A DNA stretch of 64,000 nucleotides from an uncultured Candidatus Saccharibacteria bacterium (GCA_964490395.1 CAZBAS010000002.1:127291-191290); one strand, 5' to 3'; counted from the stretch's first letter, positions 45,088 through 55,153 are shown. The notes: a model not told the origin generated them from the sequence alone. Made by a program: numbers and translations.

Positions 45088-46065
45088 CTACTTTCGTCCA
45101 ATGACTGATTTTATAGCAGCTTTAATATTTTCAACCCCCATACCAAACTTTTCAATAAGCTCATCTGGCTCGCCCGACTCGCCAAACCGATCTTGCATGC
45201 CTACCATTTCTACAGGCACGGGGTAGTTTTTTGCCAATACCTCGCACACAGCACTTCCTGCTCCGCCCATAACTTGGTGCTCTTCTAGGGTCACCACTGC
45301 GCCGCACTTCTTCGCCGCTGCTACGATTGTTTCTGAATCAATTGGTTTAATGGTGTGGTTATTTATAACCATAACACTAACCCCTTCTTTTTCCAGCTGC
45401 TGAGCAGCCAGCATTCCATTATACACTACTGGGCCAGAGCCGATAATAACTACATCAGTCCCATCACGCAAAACCGTTGCTTTTCCTATTTCAAAACCTG
45501 ACTCTTCAGTAGTAATGACCGGTGTTTTTTCCCGAGTGAGCCGTAGATACGCCGGACCTTTCATGCGCCCCAAAGCAATGGTTGCTTTTCTTGCTTCAAT
45601 AGCGTCTATGGGCACTACCACAGTAAGGTTTGGTAAAACGCGAGCAATGGCTATGTCTTCCAAGGCTTGATGAGTGGCGCCATCTGGCCCAACCGATACA
45701 CCGGTATGCGCACCCACTACTTTTACATTTGCCTGGCTATAACAAACGGAGACCCGGAGCTGGTCCCACGACCGCCCTGGCGAGAAGACCGCATAACTAG
45801 AAACGAACGCGGTTTTACCGGCAAGCGCTAGCCCTGCAGCCATACCCATCATGTTTTGCTCGGCCACCCCGCACTCAACAAAACGGTCTGGATATTTTTT
45901 AGCAAAATCTCCAGCCTTCACTGAATCGCGCAAGTCCGCAGTAAGCACCACCACTTCTGGATTTGCTTCACCAAGAACCAGCAGCCCTTCGCCATACCCA
46001 TTGCGAGTTGGCACCTGTTCTATATTGTCCTGCCCTATGTTTGGATTTAACTTTTCTTCTTTCAT
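45088..46065 (-). CDS. tkt: Transketolase, C-terminal (pyrimidine-binding plus C-terminal domain) subunit.
   Basis: Split-transketolase C-terminal-half motifs (GEDG..H, pyrimidine-binding domain). 325 aa. Confidence 0.85.
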   Translation of the reverse strand: MKEEKLNPNIGQDNIEQVPTRNGYGEGLLVLGEANPEVVVLTADLRDSVKAGDFAKKYPDRFVECGVAEQNMMGMAAGLALAGKTAFVSSYAVFSPGRSWDQLRVSVCYSQANVKVVGAHTGVSVGPDGATHQALEDIAIARVLPNLTVVVPIDAIEARKATIALGRMKGPAYLRLTREKTPVITTEESGFEIGKATVLRDGTDVVIIGSGPVVYNGMLAAQQLEKEGVSVMVINNHTIKPIDSETIVAAAKKCGAVVTLEEHQVMGGAGSAVCEVLAKNYPVPVEMVGMQDRFGESGEPDELIEKFGMGVENIKAAIKSVIGRK

Positions 46066-46082
46066 TAGAAATGAGATATTAT

Positions 46083-46108
46083 CCGCCCGAGGCGGACCGG
46101 CCTTGGGC
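46083..46108. repeat. GC-rich hairpin CCGCCCGAGG-CGGACCGG-CCTTGGGCGG, embedded in AT-rich flanks related to family 2.
   Basis: The flanks TAGAAATGAGATATT / AAATTAGATATTGGAAATT resemble family-2 words. Confidence 0.6.
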
Positions 46109-46115
46109 GGGGAAA

Positions 46116-47954
46116 TTAGATATTGGAAATTTTCTTCTCTTCTCCTGCCAAAAACCGCTGGAGCTTGTCTTTATGTTTCTGATAGAAGAATGCAACGGAA
46201 AGCAGAATTACCCCAAGCAAGATAAATGACACTACTCGGTAGCCAAGTTCGAGGGTCTGGACATCGTAGAGAAATACTTTTATGACTGTTATTGCAAACA
46301 AGACCACGGCAGACTTACGGAGAATATGGAAGCCCTTTAGGCCGCCCACTATGGCCAGAATGCCAGCATACACCATCCACCAGACACTAAGTAACAAGTT
46401 TCTAGTATTGCTATTATCAAACCCTGCGAATTGCGTTATCACCTCTTGCGAACCTGCAAGCCATACAACCGTAGCCACGGCAGCGCGGGCTATAGCAGGG
46501 ACTTGCTGTTCGTCAGCTGCTACTGAATGCGCTTCATATGTATACGCAGCTGCGAGTAGCACAGCGCTCACCAGTAGCTCCATACCAAACCGGATGTTGA
46601 ACAAGAACAAATAGCCATCGGTAGTGTAGTCAGAAAGTACTACTTTAAGTGTAGTAAGGAGAAGTAAAATAAGCCCCCACACCCGCAAGTCTTTTCGCTT
46701 GACCAAAAAGCCAATGCCTATCCCCAGCGCAGATAGGGCAAGTAAATATATATTTTCTGTTGCACCAGCAAACTGCCACAAGACTGCAGCAACTAAAAAC
46801 TTCGAACCAACAAATGAGAGCGGATAGTTAATGCGAACATATTCAAGTCTATCCATTATTGCATAGGACAGGAACGTCACCACTCCAAGGAGTAACATCA
46901 CAGGACCTAAGTAGTCTCTAAAATGGCCATAGAGAAGGCTGCTTGTGACGGCAAAAATACTCACGCCAAAGAGAGAGTAAAAAACACCAAGATGAAGATC
47001 TGCGTCCGCAGTAAGTTGCTTTGACTCATGCAGCTTACGGAAAATGGTGGCGGTAATAATCCCCACCAAGAGGTAGTTAAACAGAATAAATGCCATGCTT
47101 ATTCCAGTGTTTTCTGGCCCGGAATACGCTGCAAACCAGCCACCAAAACAAATTGCCGTACCAAAGAACGCAACAAACAAGAGCTCTACCCAATATTGCT
47201 TAAGCAACATGAGTAACACGCCAACGTTTACTATGGTTAAATACACAAACAAACCAACTTGTTTGTCTTCGCCAGAGCTAACCAGGAGCGGAGAAATATA
47301 ACCGCCAGCAACAGCGAAGAGGCCTAGCGCTTTTGAGTTGTATCTGTAGGACAGTGCAATGCCAAGGACGGTTATAACTATAGTGCACAAAAACGCTATA
47401 GGCTGGTCTAGCTTATGATAATACTGATATGCCGCAAAAATGGTGAAATATAATACAGCCAAACCGCTCCCGGTCAGCACGTGCGAGTATTTCGCATATT
47501 TCTGACTCCACAAATCGCCCAGCGCTACGAGCAAGCCGCCAACTGCGAGGCCCAGAATAATGCGCATCCATTCCGTTATCCAACCCTGATCAATGGCGTA
47601 CTTGAAGAAGAATCCTATACCAAGTAACAGCGCCAAAGCACCCACACCGCCAACCCACTGTGCTGCACTTATATCGCTTACCGGGCGATGCAGACCTTCA
47701 GGAGGTACAGGAGGAGTAAGCGGTGCAGTAGGAACTGGCGGTGCCACCTGCGCACTGCTCACGACTTGATCGGTTCGTCCTTGCATGACCGCAGATACAG
47801 CATCTGCCACAGGAGGAGTACTACTCCCCGAAACAGGTTGCGGAGCGGGCGCTGCGTTATTACGCATACGTGCTTCAAGCCGCGTCAACCTATTCGAAAC
47901 ACTTTGAAGATATAGGAACAGACCAACAATTGCTACAAAAAGTATAAATGACAT
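46116..47954 (-). CDS. Large polytopic membrane protein (N-terminal coiled coil/low complexity, then ~18 TM helices; DUF2339-like).
   Basis: Hydrophobicity pattern. Inserted between the two transketolase subunit genes. Confidence 0.45.
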   Translation of the reverse strand: MSFILFVAIVGLFLYLQSVSNRLTRLEARMRNNAAPAPQPVSGSSTPPVADAVSAVMQGRTDQVVSSAQVAPPVPTAPLTPPVPPEGLHRPVSDISAAQWVGGVGALALLLGIGFFFKYAIDQGWITEWMRIILGLAVGGLLVALGDLWSQKYAKYSHVLTGSGLAVLYFTIFAAYQYYHKLDQPIAFLCTIVITVLGIALSYRYNSKALGLFAVAGGYISPLLVSSGEDKQVGLFVYLTIVNVGVLLMLLKQYWVELLFVAFFGTAICFGGWFAAYSGPENTGISMAFILFNYLLVGIITATIFRKLHESKQLTADADLHLGVFYSLFGVSIFAVTSSLLYGHFRDYLGPVMLLLGVVTFLSYAIMDRLEYVRINYPLSFVGSKFLVAAVLWQFAGATENIYLLALSALGIGIGFLVKRKDLRVWGLILLLLTTLKVVLSDYTTDGYLFLFNIRFGMELLVSAVLLAAAYTYEAHSVAADEQQVPAIARAAVATVVWLAGSQEVITQFAGFDNSNTRNLLLSVWWMVYAGILAIVGGLKGFHILRKSAVVLFAITVIKVFLYDVQTLELGYRVVSFILLGVILLSVAFFYQKHKDKLQRFLAGEEKKISNI

Positions 47955-48338
47955 AGATTAATTGACAAAAATGACAAAAATTAAAAAAGTGACAAAATTA
48001 CTTAAGGCGCTGATTTTTAATAGTAGAATTTTTGGATGCAATCATAATAGCAGTTAATTCGCCAGATTCTTGTAGCAATTCTTTTAGAAGTTCATTTTTA
48101 ACCAAACCCGAATCGGACAGTAGTTCTAACCAAAGCTGTGTTTCATCACACTCTTCAATTTCGGTACCCATTTTTGAGATAAAATCTTTTCTCGATTTAC
48201 ACCTACACGCAGCTCTGTAGTTAGCGTCATGATTGTACCCAAACGAATGAGTTGGCTATTTGCAAGAATTTTTACCTGTCCGCCATAGCCTTGCGGCGGA
48301 TCATTTTTATTTATTTTTGTTCACTTTTGTCATTACCG
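47955..48338. repeat. Word-palindrome singleton flanking a 384-bp region that holds a truncated four-helix-bundle ORF.
   Basis: Arms ATTGACAAAAATGACAAAAATTAAAAAAGTGACAAAATTA (47957-47996) vs ATTTTTATTTATTTTTGTTCACTTTTGTCATTACC (48301-48335). Confidence 0.65.
48002..48171 (-). pseudogene. Fragment matching the C-terminal half of a four-helix-bundle (IVS-type) protein; truncated gene or remnant.
   Basis: 56-aa ORF MGTEIEECDETQLWLELLSDSGLVKNELLKELLQESGELTAIMIASKNSTIKNQRLK. It matches the conserved C-terminal E..W.....G....E....L......KML..L..S block. No N-terminal half is present. Confidence 0.35.
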
Positions 48339-49226
48339 TTATTCGTGTTCGCTCCTAATCTGACCACGCAATGTTCGGAGCTCTTCTAGAGCGATCCTCC
48401 CCTGTTCTTTCTTGGGTGGTTCACCGGGCACGTCCAAGCCCCCTGGCGGGGCGCCGTGCCATTTATAATCCCCTTCCATAAAGTCTACGCCCTTACCAGG
48501 AATGGTGTGAGCAATTATTACCGTTGGTTTTTCGTAAATAGCCTTTGCTTCGTTACACGCATCAATTATTTGCTGCATGTTATGCCCGTCTACTTCTAAC
48601 ACATGCCAGTTAAACGCTTCGTATTTGGCGCGGAGACTCTCCAGGGGCATTACGTCCTCGGTATATCCGTCTATTTGGATGTTGTTGCGGTCTATAATGG
48701 CAGTAATGTTATGAAGTTTCCGCGCCCCGGCGAACATAACTGCTTCCCACACCTGCCCTTCATTTTGCTCGCCATCAGACATAACCAAGTACACCCGCTG
48801 CTTTGCGTGGTTCATATTCAGAGCCAAAGCCATACCCACTGCCTGCGATGACCCCTGCGCAAGTGGCCCGCTCGATGTTTCCAGGCCAGGCAGTGCAAGG
48901 TTGTGCGGATGCCCATGCAGTCTTGTACCTAGTTTACGTAAGGTAAGCAGCTCTTCTTTAGGAAAGTATCCAGCCTCGCCCAAAGCCGCATACAGCACCG
49001 GACATGTGTGGCCGCAGGAAAGCACAAGCCTATCACGCCCCTCCCACGTAGGATTGTGGGGGTCGTGTGCGAGTACTTTGAAATAGAGCGCAGCAAAAAT
49101 ATCTGCCATACCAAGCGGCCCCGCGCTATGCCCAGATTTGGCAGCGAGCAACATCTGAATAATATCCTGCCGAATATCGTTCGCCTTATATTTCAGCTCA
49201 GTGATAGATACATTAAAAGGATTCAT
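48339..49226 (-). CDS. tkt: Transketolase, N-terminal (TPP-binding) subunit.
   Basis: GHSAGPLGMADI, GxxGSGP..G and HxxxLxGH motifs. Start taken at MNPFNV (ATG at 49226). Confidence 0.85.
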   Translation of the reverse strand: MNPFNVSITELKYKANDIRQDIIQMLLAAKSGHSAGPLGMADIFAALYFKVLAHDPHNPTWEGRDRLVLSCGHTCPVLYAALGEAGYFPKEELLTLRKLGTRLHGHPHNLALPGLETSSGPLAQGSSQAVGMALALNMNHAKQRVYLVMSDGEQNEGQVWEAVMFAGARKLHNITAIIDRNNIQIDGYTEDVMPLESLRAKYEAFNWHVLEVDGHNMQQIIDACNEAKAIYEKPTVIIAHTIPGKGVDFMEGDYKWHGAPPGGLDVPGEPPKKEQGRIALEELRTLRGQIRSEHE

Positions 49227-49237
49227 ATGATAGGTAG

Positions 49238-49492
49238 TTATAACCAAATTGTAAGCAACCTCACAATAGAAAGCACTGCCACAATAGCCCACACAACATC
49301 AAGAATTTCTCCGGAGTAGGCCCGCTTATAACGGTAGTAAGCAATGTTGCCCAGAGACCCTATTAAATTTAGCCCCTGATATGCAAGCCCTTCAGCACGA
49401 AGCCAGCCAAAGGAGACGCTCAGATACGCACCAAGAATGCATACCATACCGCCATAGCCGCACAATTCGTATAGTAATCGTTTTTGTTTCAA
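49238..49492 (-). CDS. Small membrane protein (3 TM), hypothetical.
   Basis: 84-aa ORF with three hydrophobic helices. Fits exactly between the tkt N-subunit start and the next gene. Confidence 0.3.
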   Translation of the reverse strand: MKQKRLLYELCGYGGMVCILGAYLSVSFGWLRAEGLAYQGLNLIGSLGNIAYYRYKRAYSGEILDVVWAIVAVLSIVRLLTIWL

Positions 49493-49496
49493 GTCT

Positions 49497-50351
49497 TTAC
49501 AGCAATAAATGTACTACCTCTACTATACCCCATATTGCCAATCCGATAAATGCCAAACTACCCACAAGCGATATAATAGGGTTTTTGACTATGCGCACTG
49601 TAGTGGTCGGAGAAATATAGAGCAATATGTTCAAAAGCATATGTCCTGCAAATACTCCCACTCCAAAGCCATAGACATTAACCACATTAAACACAGGTAC
49701 ATATCCGGCAAAGTCGTCTAGACCCAAAATAAATGGAATAGTAAAAGCGAAACCCAATAGCGGCCAAAAGCGCATAACACCCTTACTCGATATATCTACC
49801 TTCGGAATAATATAGCGAAGCACAGGAGCTATGGCCTTGTTTACTCGTTCCAGCCCACGTTCCAATACGGATATTACGCGCCGAAACCATGTAGGATATA
49901 ACGCGTACCCTTCCTGCGCATGCTCCAAGCCTTCTTCCGCAAGCTGGAGTAACACAAGTGCGGCTACAAGTATCATCAGCGCGAGCAGCGGCTGCACTTC
50001 TTTGAAAAATGCCCAAATGGCCAGAACTACCATTGTACCAGCGGCATTACCCACCGCAGTACCCAGTTCAATAGCTATGCGACTCTTTACCCCGGAATTG
50101 GTTTCCATGAGCCGCGCCATAAAAATGGCAAAATCAACCGATGTTTTTAGGTAAATAGTGAGCCCTAACAAAATATCGCTTATGTGTAGCGTAAGGGCTA
50201 TACCACTACGAGCAGTGCTGTTCAAAAGGTGAATTTCGAGCCAGAGTACACCCACGAGCAGCGCAAACACTACCAGGGTTAAAAAAATGGGCAGCAACTG
50301 GTTTACTACTGTCCCACGGATGTTATTTTTTTGTAGGGATGTCTGTGTCAT
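49497..50351 (-). CDS. Integral membrane protein (TerC/DUF475-like), hypothetical.
   Basis: ~8 TM helices. Two SVDF/LDDF-type intramembrane acidic motifs. Confidence 0.4.
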   Translation of the reverse strand: MTQTSLQKNNIRGTVVNQLLPIFLTLVVFALLVGVLWLEIHLLNSTARSGIALTLHISDILLGLTIYLKTSVDFAIFMARLMETNSGVKSRIAIELGTAVGNAAGTMVVLAIWAFFKEVQPLLALMILVAALVLLQLAEEGLEHAQEGYALYPTWFRRVISVLERGLERVNKAIAPVLRYIIPKVDISSKGVMRFWPLLGFAFTIPFILGLDDFAGYVPVFNVVNVYGFGVGVFAGHMLLNILLYISPTTTVRIVKNPIISLVGSLAFIGLAIWGIVEVVHLLL

Positions 50352-50357
50352 ATGGAT

Positions 50358-50996
50358 TTACGCGACCAATGCTTGCAGGTCTTCAAAAACTCTGCTTTCA
50401 TCATCCCAAAGCGCAGACCCAACCACGAGTAAATCTGCACCTGCTTTCGCAACTGCCTCTGCTGTCTCTAGCGATACTCCCCCATCTACTTCGATAACCG
50501 CATCAGGACAGAGTTTTCGCAGCTCAGCAATGCGTGCAAGTGACTCAGGGATAAACTCCGCTCCTTGCGTGCCTGGATGTACACTTAATATGGTAAATTG
50601 ATCAACATATTTTGCATAGTGCGCCACCGACTCTATGGGAGTTTCAGGGTTAATAGCTAAACCAACCTTAAGCCCCAGGTTTCTAATTTGAGCCAGTGAG
50701 GAAATTAATACAGCCTCATTGGTAAAAGCCTCAAAGTGCACAATGATTACCGTAAAACCAAGCATTTGATAATCGAAAAAATCTACAGGTTCCTCAACCA
50801 TTAGGTGGGCTTCCCATATGTAGTTAGGGCTTACCACATCTATATCTGGCGCTAGCACTGTGGTGTTACTAACAAATTTACCATCTGCTACATCTACCTG
50901 AATCCGTTGTACATTTAAAAGCCGCTCAAACCGTTTGGCTCGCGCTTCAAATTCTTCTTTGGTTTTTTCTAAAATTGCCGGAACGATAAGTGCCAT
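50358..50996 (-). CDS. rpe: Ribulose-phosphate 3-epimerase.
   Basis: TIM-barrel RPE motifs (N-terminal PSIL-type, H..MV..P, C-terminal VDGG). 212 aa. Confidence 0.85.
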   Translation of the reverse strand: MALIVPAILEKTKEEFEARAKRFERLLNVQRIQVDVADGKFVSNTTVLAPDIDVVSPNYIWEAHLMVEEPVDFFDYQMLGFTVIIVHFEAFTNEAVLISSLAQIRNLGLKVGLAINPETPIESVAHYAKYVDQFTILSVHPGTQGAEFIPESLARIAELRKLCPDAVIEVDGGVSLETAEAVAKAGADLLVVGSALWDDESRVFEDLQALVA

Positions 50997-50998
50997 GG

Positions 50999-51082
50999 TA
51001 GCTTTTTAGCTTTTTAGCTTTTTAGCTTTTTAGCTTTAGGGCGTTACCTAGAAAGCTAAGAAGCTACAAGCTAACAAGCTAT
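50999..51082. repeat. Word-palindrome, family 3 (four tandem AGCTTTTT words, then CTAGAAAGCTAAGAAGCTACAAGCTAACAAGCT).
   Basis: Inverted AGCTAA-word arms around the loop GCGTTA. Confidence 0.75.
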
Positions 51083-51519
51083 TCTAACTTACTAATCTTC
51101 TTTATTCTTCGTATGTGCCTCGCATCTTTTGACCACGGTGTTTCTAGCCAGGTTTTTACAATGCTTTGCGCTTGTTTTGTTGTCATATAGTCGCTAGGCA
51201 AACACAAAATATTGGTATGATCGTCGTTTCGGCTTGCTTTTGCTTCTTTGGTATTCCATACGAGACCAGCTCGTACGCCTTTAAATTTATTCGCAGCAAT
51301 GCATACACCCTGTCCGCTCCGGCAAATGAGTATGCCAAAATCGGTATCTGGGTTCTTAGATACTTTAGCCGCTACTTTCTTGGCGTAATCCGGGTAGTCA
51401 TCGTCGGGCACCAAAGTCTCTGGCCCCAGGTCGGATACGCGACCAGCCTCGGCGAGTAGCCAAGCTTTGAGTTGTTCTTTGAGAGCAAAGCCCCCGTGAT
51501 CGGATGCGATATATAACAT
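51079..51519 (-). CDS. rpiB: Ribose-5-phosphate isomerase B.
   Basis: SDHGG and ICRSGQG(V)CIAANK motifs. 146 aa. Confidence 0.85.
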   Translation of the reverse strand: MLYIASDHGGFALKEQLKAWLLAEAGRVSDLGPETLVPDDDYPDYAKKVAAKVSKNPDTDFGILICRSGQGVCIAANKFKGVRAGLVWNTKEAKASRNDDHTNILCLPSDYMTTKQAQSIVKTWLETPWSKDARHIRRIKKISKLE

Positions 51520-51526
51520 AGCTGCT

Positions 51527-51593
51527 AGGTTCTAGCTACTAGGTTCTAGCTGAGGGCTTATTCTAGAAGCTGTTAGCTAGTAACTAGAAGCTT
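51527..51593. repeat. Word-palindrome, family 3 variant (CTAGC/GCTAG words).
   Basis: AGCTGCTAGGTTCTAGCTACTAGGTTCTAGCTGAG ... CTAGAAGCTGTTAGCTAGTAACTAGAAGCTT. Confidence 0.65.
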
Positions 51594-52273
51594 AAATTAA
51601 TCATTGCATTAAAGTCTTTAGGCAAAAGGCTGGCGCCGCCAACCAGCAAGCCATCTATATTCGGTTGAGTTAGAAACTGCCCTGCGTTAGTAGCATTGGC
51701 GCTGCCGCCATATAAAATTTTAGCAGGTTTAAATTTGGTTCGAATAAATATGCTTATTTTTTCTGCATGGTCAGGCGTGGCTGGGCTGCCCGCACCTATG
51801 GCCCACACGGGCTCGTACGCAACCACAACTTTCGATGAGTCAACCCCTTTGAGCGCGGACTGGAGCTGGACCCGCAGAACATCTGCTACTTCTAATTCAT
51901 CCTGCTTCACCGTTGTACCATGGCCAACGCACAGTACTGGCGTTATGCCAACAGACAAAAGTGATTCTACTTTCTTATGTATCCCCTCTTCTGTTTCTCC
52001 GGTGTTGCGCCGTTCGCTATGGCCCACAAGGCAATATTTAACTTTTAAGCTTTTAAGCGTCAGGGGTGAAACCTGGCCAGTATGAGCGCCTTTATTTTCC
52101 CAAAAACAATCTTGTGCCCCGAGCTTCGGGTAGTGTATAGACGCTAAAAAAGCTGCAGGAGGACAAATAACCGCCTCATGAGCAGGTTTTGGGTCTATCT
52201 TTTTTGCCAAACTGACGGCTTCTTTTACAGTAACAGGGTTCAGTTTCCAATTGCCGATAATAAGTTTTTTCAT
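51584..52273 (-). CDS. tpiA: Triosephosphate isomerase.
   Basis: NWK, catalytic VGHSERR and C-terminal GGAS motifs. 229 aa. Confidence 0.9.
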   Translation of the reverse strand: MKKLIIGNWKLNPVTVKEAVSLAKKIDPKPAHEAVICPPAAFLASIHYPKLGAQDCFWENKGAHTGQVSPLTLKSLKVKYCLVGHSERRNTGETEEGIHKKVESLLSVGITPVLCVGHGTTVKQDELEVADVLRVQLQSALKGVDSSKVVVAYEPVWAIGAGSPATPDHAEKISIFIRTKFKPAKILYGGSANATNAGQFLTQPNIDGLLVGGASLLPKDFNAMINLSF

Positions 52274-52281
52274 AAGATATA

Positions 52282-52372
52282 GAGCTTCTTAGCTGGTTAG
52301 CTTTTTAGCTTTTTAGAAATTAGAGTGGACCCCTAATTAGCTAACAAGCTAATCAGCTAACTAGCTTTTTAG
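52282..52372. repeat. Word-palindrome, family 3; both ends carry AGCTTTTTAGAAATT.
   Basis: AGCTTCTTAGCTGGTTAGCTTTTTAGCTTTTTAGAAATTAG ... CTAATTAGCTAACAAGCTAATCAGCTAACTAGCTTTTTAGAAATT. Confidence 0.75.
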
Positions 52373-53347
52373 AAATTCCACTGCCTGCTCGGGAGGCATA
52401 GGGTTTACGGGGATACCCGTTGCGTACTCGAATCCTGCCCAAATGGTGATTCGCGGAAATACAGTTAGGTGCCAGTGGTAGCTTCCCTCCTCCCGCATAG
52501 TATGCTCACTCCGGGCAATGGGCATAGTATGGAAATAAAAATTCAAGGGAGGATCGGCAAGCTTGGTGTAGAGTTGACCCAGTACTGTTTTAAGCACATA
52601 CGACAAGTTCTTCAGTTCAGCATTGGTCATTTGCTCAAAGCGAGCGCCGTGTTTTTTTGGCAATATCCACGTTTCAAATGGCTTACGGGAAGCATATGCG
52701 GAAAGCACTATGAAGTCATCGGTTTCAAAAACCACTCTATCTTTCACCGTTCGCTCTTCCGTAATGATGTCGCAATATATGCAGGTTTTATTGAGCTGAT
52801 AATAATGGTAGCACCCTGCTACTTCCTGATGCACATGCGGTGGAATAATGGGGGTGGCCATTATCTGATAGTGCGGATGAATGAGTGATGCGCCTGCGTC
52901 GCGACCGTGGTTATGGAAAATTTGTATGTAGGCCACTCTGTCGTCTTCTGCCAAAAAGTTGTAGCGGTCAATAAATGTTTGCAGAGAGAGCTCAATGGTT
53001 GCCACAGACTGGAGCGCTACTGGCTCATTATGCTTTCTCGTAACCACCACCTCATGGCTACCATGACCGGCCAAGGAAGTATAAAATTCCTTATGCCTGT
53101 AGACTTTCATGCCATCAAGGGCGTGAAATTTATTTTCAATAACCCATATTTGCCAATCCCTACCCGTTGGATAGCGAAACAGTTCGTTATTTTCTGGCTC
53201 CCGACCAGGACAAAACACGCATGAAGCATCTTGTTCGGGTACACCCGCCATAACACTGTACGTTTTGTATTGGTCTGGGCGCATTGCTCTTTTCGGAGCT
53301 ATGAGCACCCATTGTTTGGTTATAGGATTCTGACGGAATTCACTCAT
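52361..53347 (-). CDS. galT: Galactose-1-phosphate uridylyltransferase family (HIT superfamily) protein.
   Basis: N-terminal CxFC zinc site (ASCVFCPGRE) and the HPHYQ active-site motif (HxHxQ). Confidence 0.65.
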   Translation of the reverse strand: MSEFRQNPITKQWVLIAPKRAMRPDQYKTYSVMAGVPEQDASCVFCPGREPENNELFRYPTGRDWQIWVIENKFHALDGMKVYRHKEFYTSLAGHGSHEVVVTRKHNEPVALQSVATIELSLQTFIDRYNFLAEDDRVAYIQIFHNHGRDAGASLIHPHYQIMATPIIPPHVHQEVAGCYHYYQLNKTCIYCDIITEERTVKDRVVFETDDFIVLSAYASRKPFETWILPKKHGARFEQMTNAELKNLSYVLKTVLGQLYTKLADPPLNFYFHTMPIARSEHTMREEGSYHWHLTVFPRITIWAGFEYATGIPVNPMPPEQAVEFLKS

Positions 53348-53431
53348 GATAAGTAAATAGAAAACAGTAATCAGAAAGCAGAGAATAAGAAAAGGGGTAA
53401 CCAGCTTAAGAATGATAATGCGACCTGGTTG

Positions 53432-53824
53432 CTACTTACTACTTACTGATTTCTGCCTATCTAAATAATTTTGTAAGATTATCTGCGCAGCAAGGCTATC
53501 TAGGTTTTTATGACCACCTGGTAAATTACTGGCCATCTTACTAGACCACCGTTCATCTATAAGTATAACAGGTAAGGCTGTTTTTTGTTCAACCATTTCT
53601 TTGAACGCAGACACTTCGCGAGTTTTATCTGTTTGCTGGCCGCTCATATTTAGTGGCCAGCCTAGTGCAATAGCTCCAACCTCAAACTCTACTACAAGCT
53701 TTGGCAATTCTGTAGCGAATTGTTTAGGTGAGACAATTTTAAGCTCACGGGCCAGCATGCCGAGCTCGTCCGAAATGGCCAGTCCTATTCGTTTTTCTCC
53801 GTAATCAATACCTAATATGCGCAT
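53432..53824 (-). CDS. ruvX: Holliday-junction-resolvase-like YqgF/RuvX.
   Basis: N-terminus MRILGIDYGEKRIGLAISD. 130 aa. Confidence 0.8.
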   Translation of the reverse strand: MRILGIDYGEKRIGLAISDELGMLARELKIVSPKQFATELPKLVVEFEVGAIALGWPLNMSGQQTDKTREVSAFKEMVEQKTALPVILIDERWSSKMASNLPGGHKNLDSLAAQIILQNYLDRQKSVSSK

Positions 53825-53908
53825 AATTAGTTCATAAAGTTTGTAAAGTTCATAAAGTTTGTAAAGTATTTACTTTATAAACTTTCTACTTTATGAACTT
53901 GATAGCTT
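53825..53908. repeat. Word-palindrome singleton (CATAAAGTTTGTAAAG x2 ... CTTTATAAACTTTCTACTTTATGAAC).
   Basis: Direct 16-mer duplication followed by its imperfect reverse complement. Confidence 0.7.
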
Positions 53909-55153
53909 CTACTTCGCTTCTTCCAATGTTACCTGGACTGTTTTTTCTTCACCTTTGCGATAGAGCTTAAGAGTCAGTACGTCTCCGGTGGAAAACTTTC
54001 GGAGCGCGCCTGCTAGAGTATGCTGCTCATCAAGTTTCTGTCCGTTCACTTCTAAAATAATGTCGTTTTCCACAATCCCGGCTTTGTCCGCTGGACTACC
54101 AGGGACTACCGCAACATCGCTTATCTGCTGCCCGCGAGACACAAGCGCTCCATACTCTTTTGGCAACTTTTGCTGTTTTGCTATGTCTGGGGTTATCATC
54201 AGGTACCGAACACCCAAGAGTGGTCTCGTTATCTTCCCTGTTTTATTAAAACTATCGAGATCTTTTTGAACGTCATTCGAAGGTATGGCAAATCCTACAG
54301 ACTGGCCTTCCTGGTCTATGGCCGTATTTATACCAATAACTTGTCCGGCAATATTGAGTAAAGGTCCACCCGAGTTGCCCGGGTTTATGGCAGCATCGGT
54401 TTGAATAACCCCTTCAAGCTGCTCTGCGCCATCGTTCCCGCCAGCGGTAATGCTGCGTCCTATGCCCGAGACCACTCCCACGGTAACTGTATTTGAATAC
54501 TGGCCCAAGGAGTTGCCAATGGCAATAACTGTTTGGCCAATATCTAAGTTATCTGAACTTGCCAATGCCAAGGTTGGCGCGTTGACGATATCAATTTTAA
54601 CTAGGGCTATATCGTTAACTGGGTCGCTTCCCACTACTTTTGCTTCGTAGCTTTTCCCGTCGCTCGTGAGGACTGTATAACTCGCCGCAGTGTCCGATAC
54701 TACATGTTTATTCGTAAGTATGAGTCCATTACTAGAAACAAAGAAGCCACTACCTGCCCCAACCTTTTGGACATTTGGTTCTTGTGGTGTTTGAGGGGTG
54801 GTTCTATTAAATCCAAACAATTGATCGAACGGGTCAAAACCGAAAGAGTTCCGGCCATATCCAGGAATTTTACTTAAGTCTTTCGAGATAACTATAGAAA
54901 CAACAGCAGGGCTCGCCTTCTTTACCACGTTGACTACTGCGGAATTTTCAGAAATGGTCACTGATTGAGTGCTGGCATGCTGTTCGGCAAGGGGCTGCAC
55001 ACGCCTTTGACTGCCAGCATAACCCCCAAGAAAGCCAGCAACCAAGCTCACTAAAATTAATGCAGAGACAACTCGCCCGGACAATGTTTGGGCAGTAGAC
55101 GAGGTTTTCAAAGACTCTTCAGTTGTAATAGGGTTTTCATTTGTATATGTCAT
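53909..55153 (-). CDS. HtrA/DegP family serine protease with a C-terminal PDZ domain.
   Basis: N-terminal TM. Trypsin-fold catalytic triad region (GNSGGPLLN) and PDZ domain. 414 aa. Confidence 0.85.
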   Translation of the reverse strand: MTYTNENPITTEESLKTSSTAQTLSGRVVSALILVSLVAGFLGGYAGSQRRVQPLAEQHASTQSVTISENSAVVNVVKKASPAVVSIVISKDLSKIPGYGRNSFGFDPFDQLFGFNRTTPQTPQEPNVQKVGAGSGFFVSSNGLILTNKHVVSDTAASYTVLTSDGKSYEAKVVGSDPVNDIALVKIDIVNAPTLALASSDNLDIGQTVIAIGNSLGQYSNTVTVGVVSGIGRSITAGGNDGAEQLEGVIQTDAAINPGNSGGPLLNIAGQVIGINTAIDQEGQSVGFAIPSNDVQKDLDSFNKTGKITRPLLGVRYLMITPDIAKQQKLPKEYGALVSRGQQISDVAVVPGSPADKAGIVENDIILEVNGQKLDEQHTLAGALRKFSTGDVLTLKLYRKGEEKTVQVTLEEAK

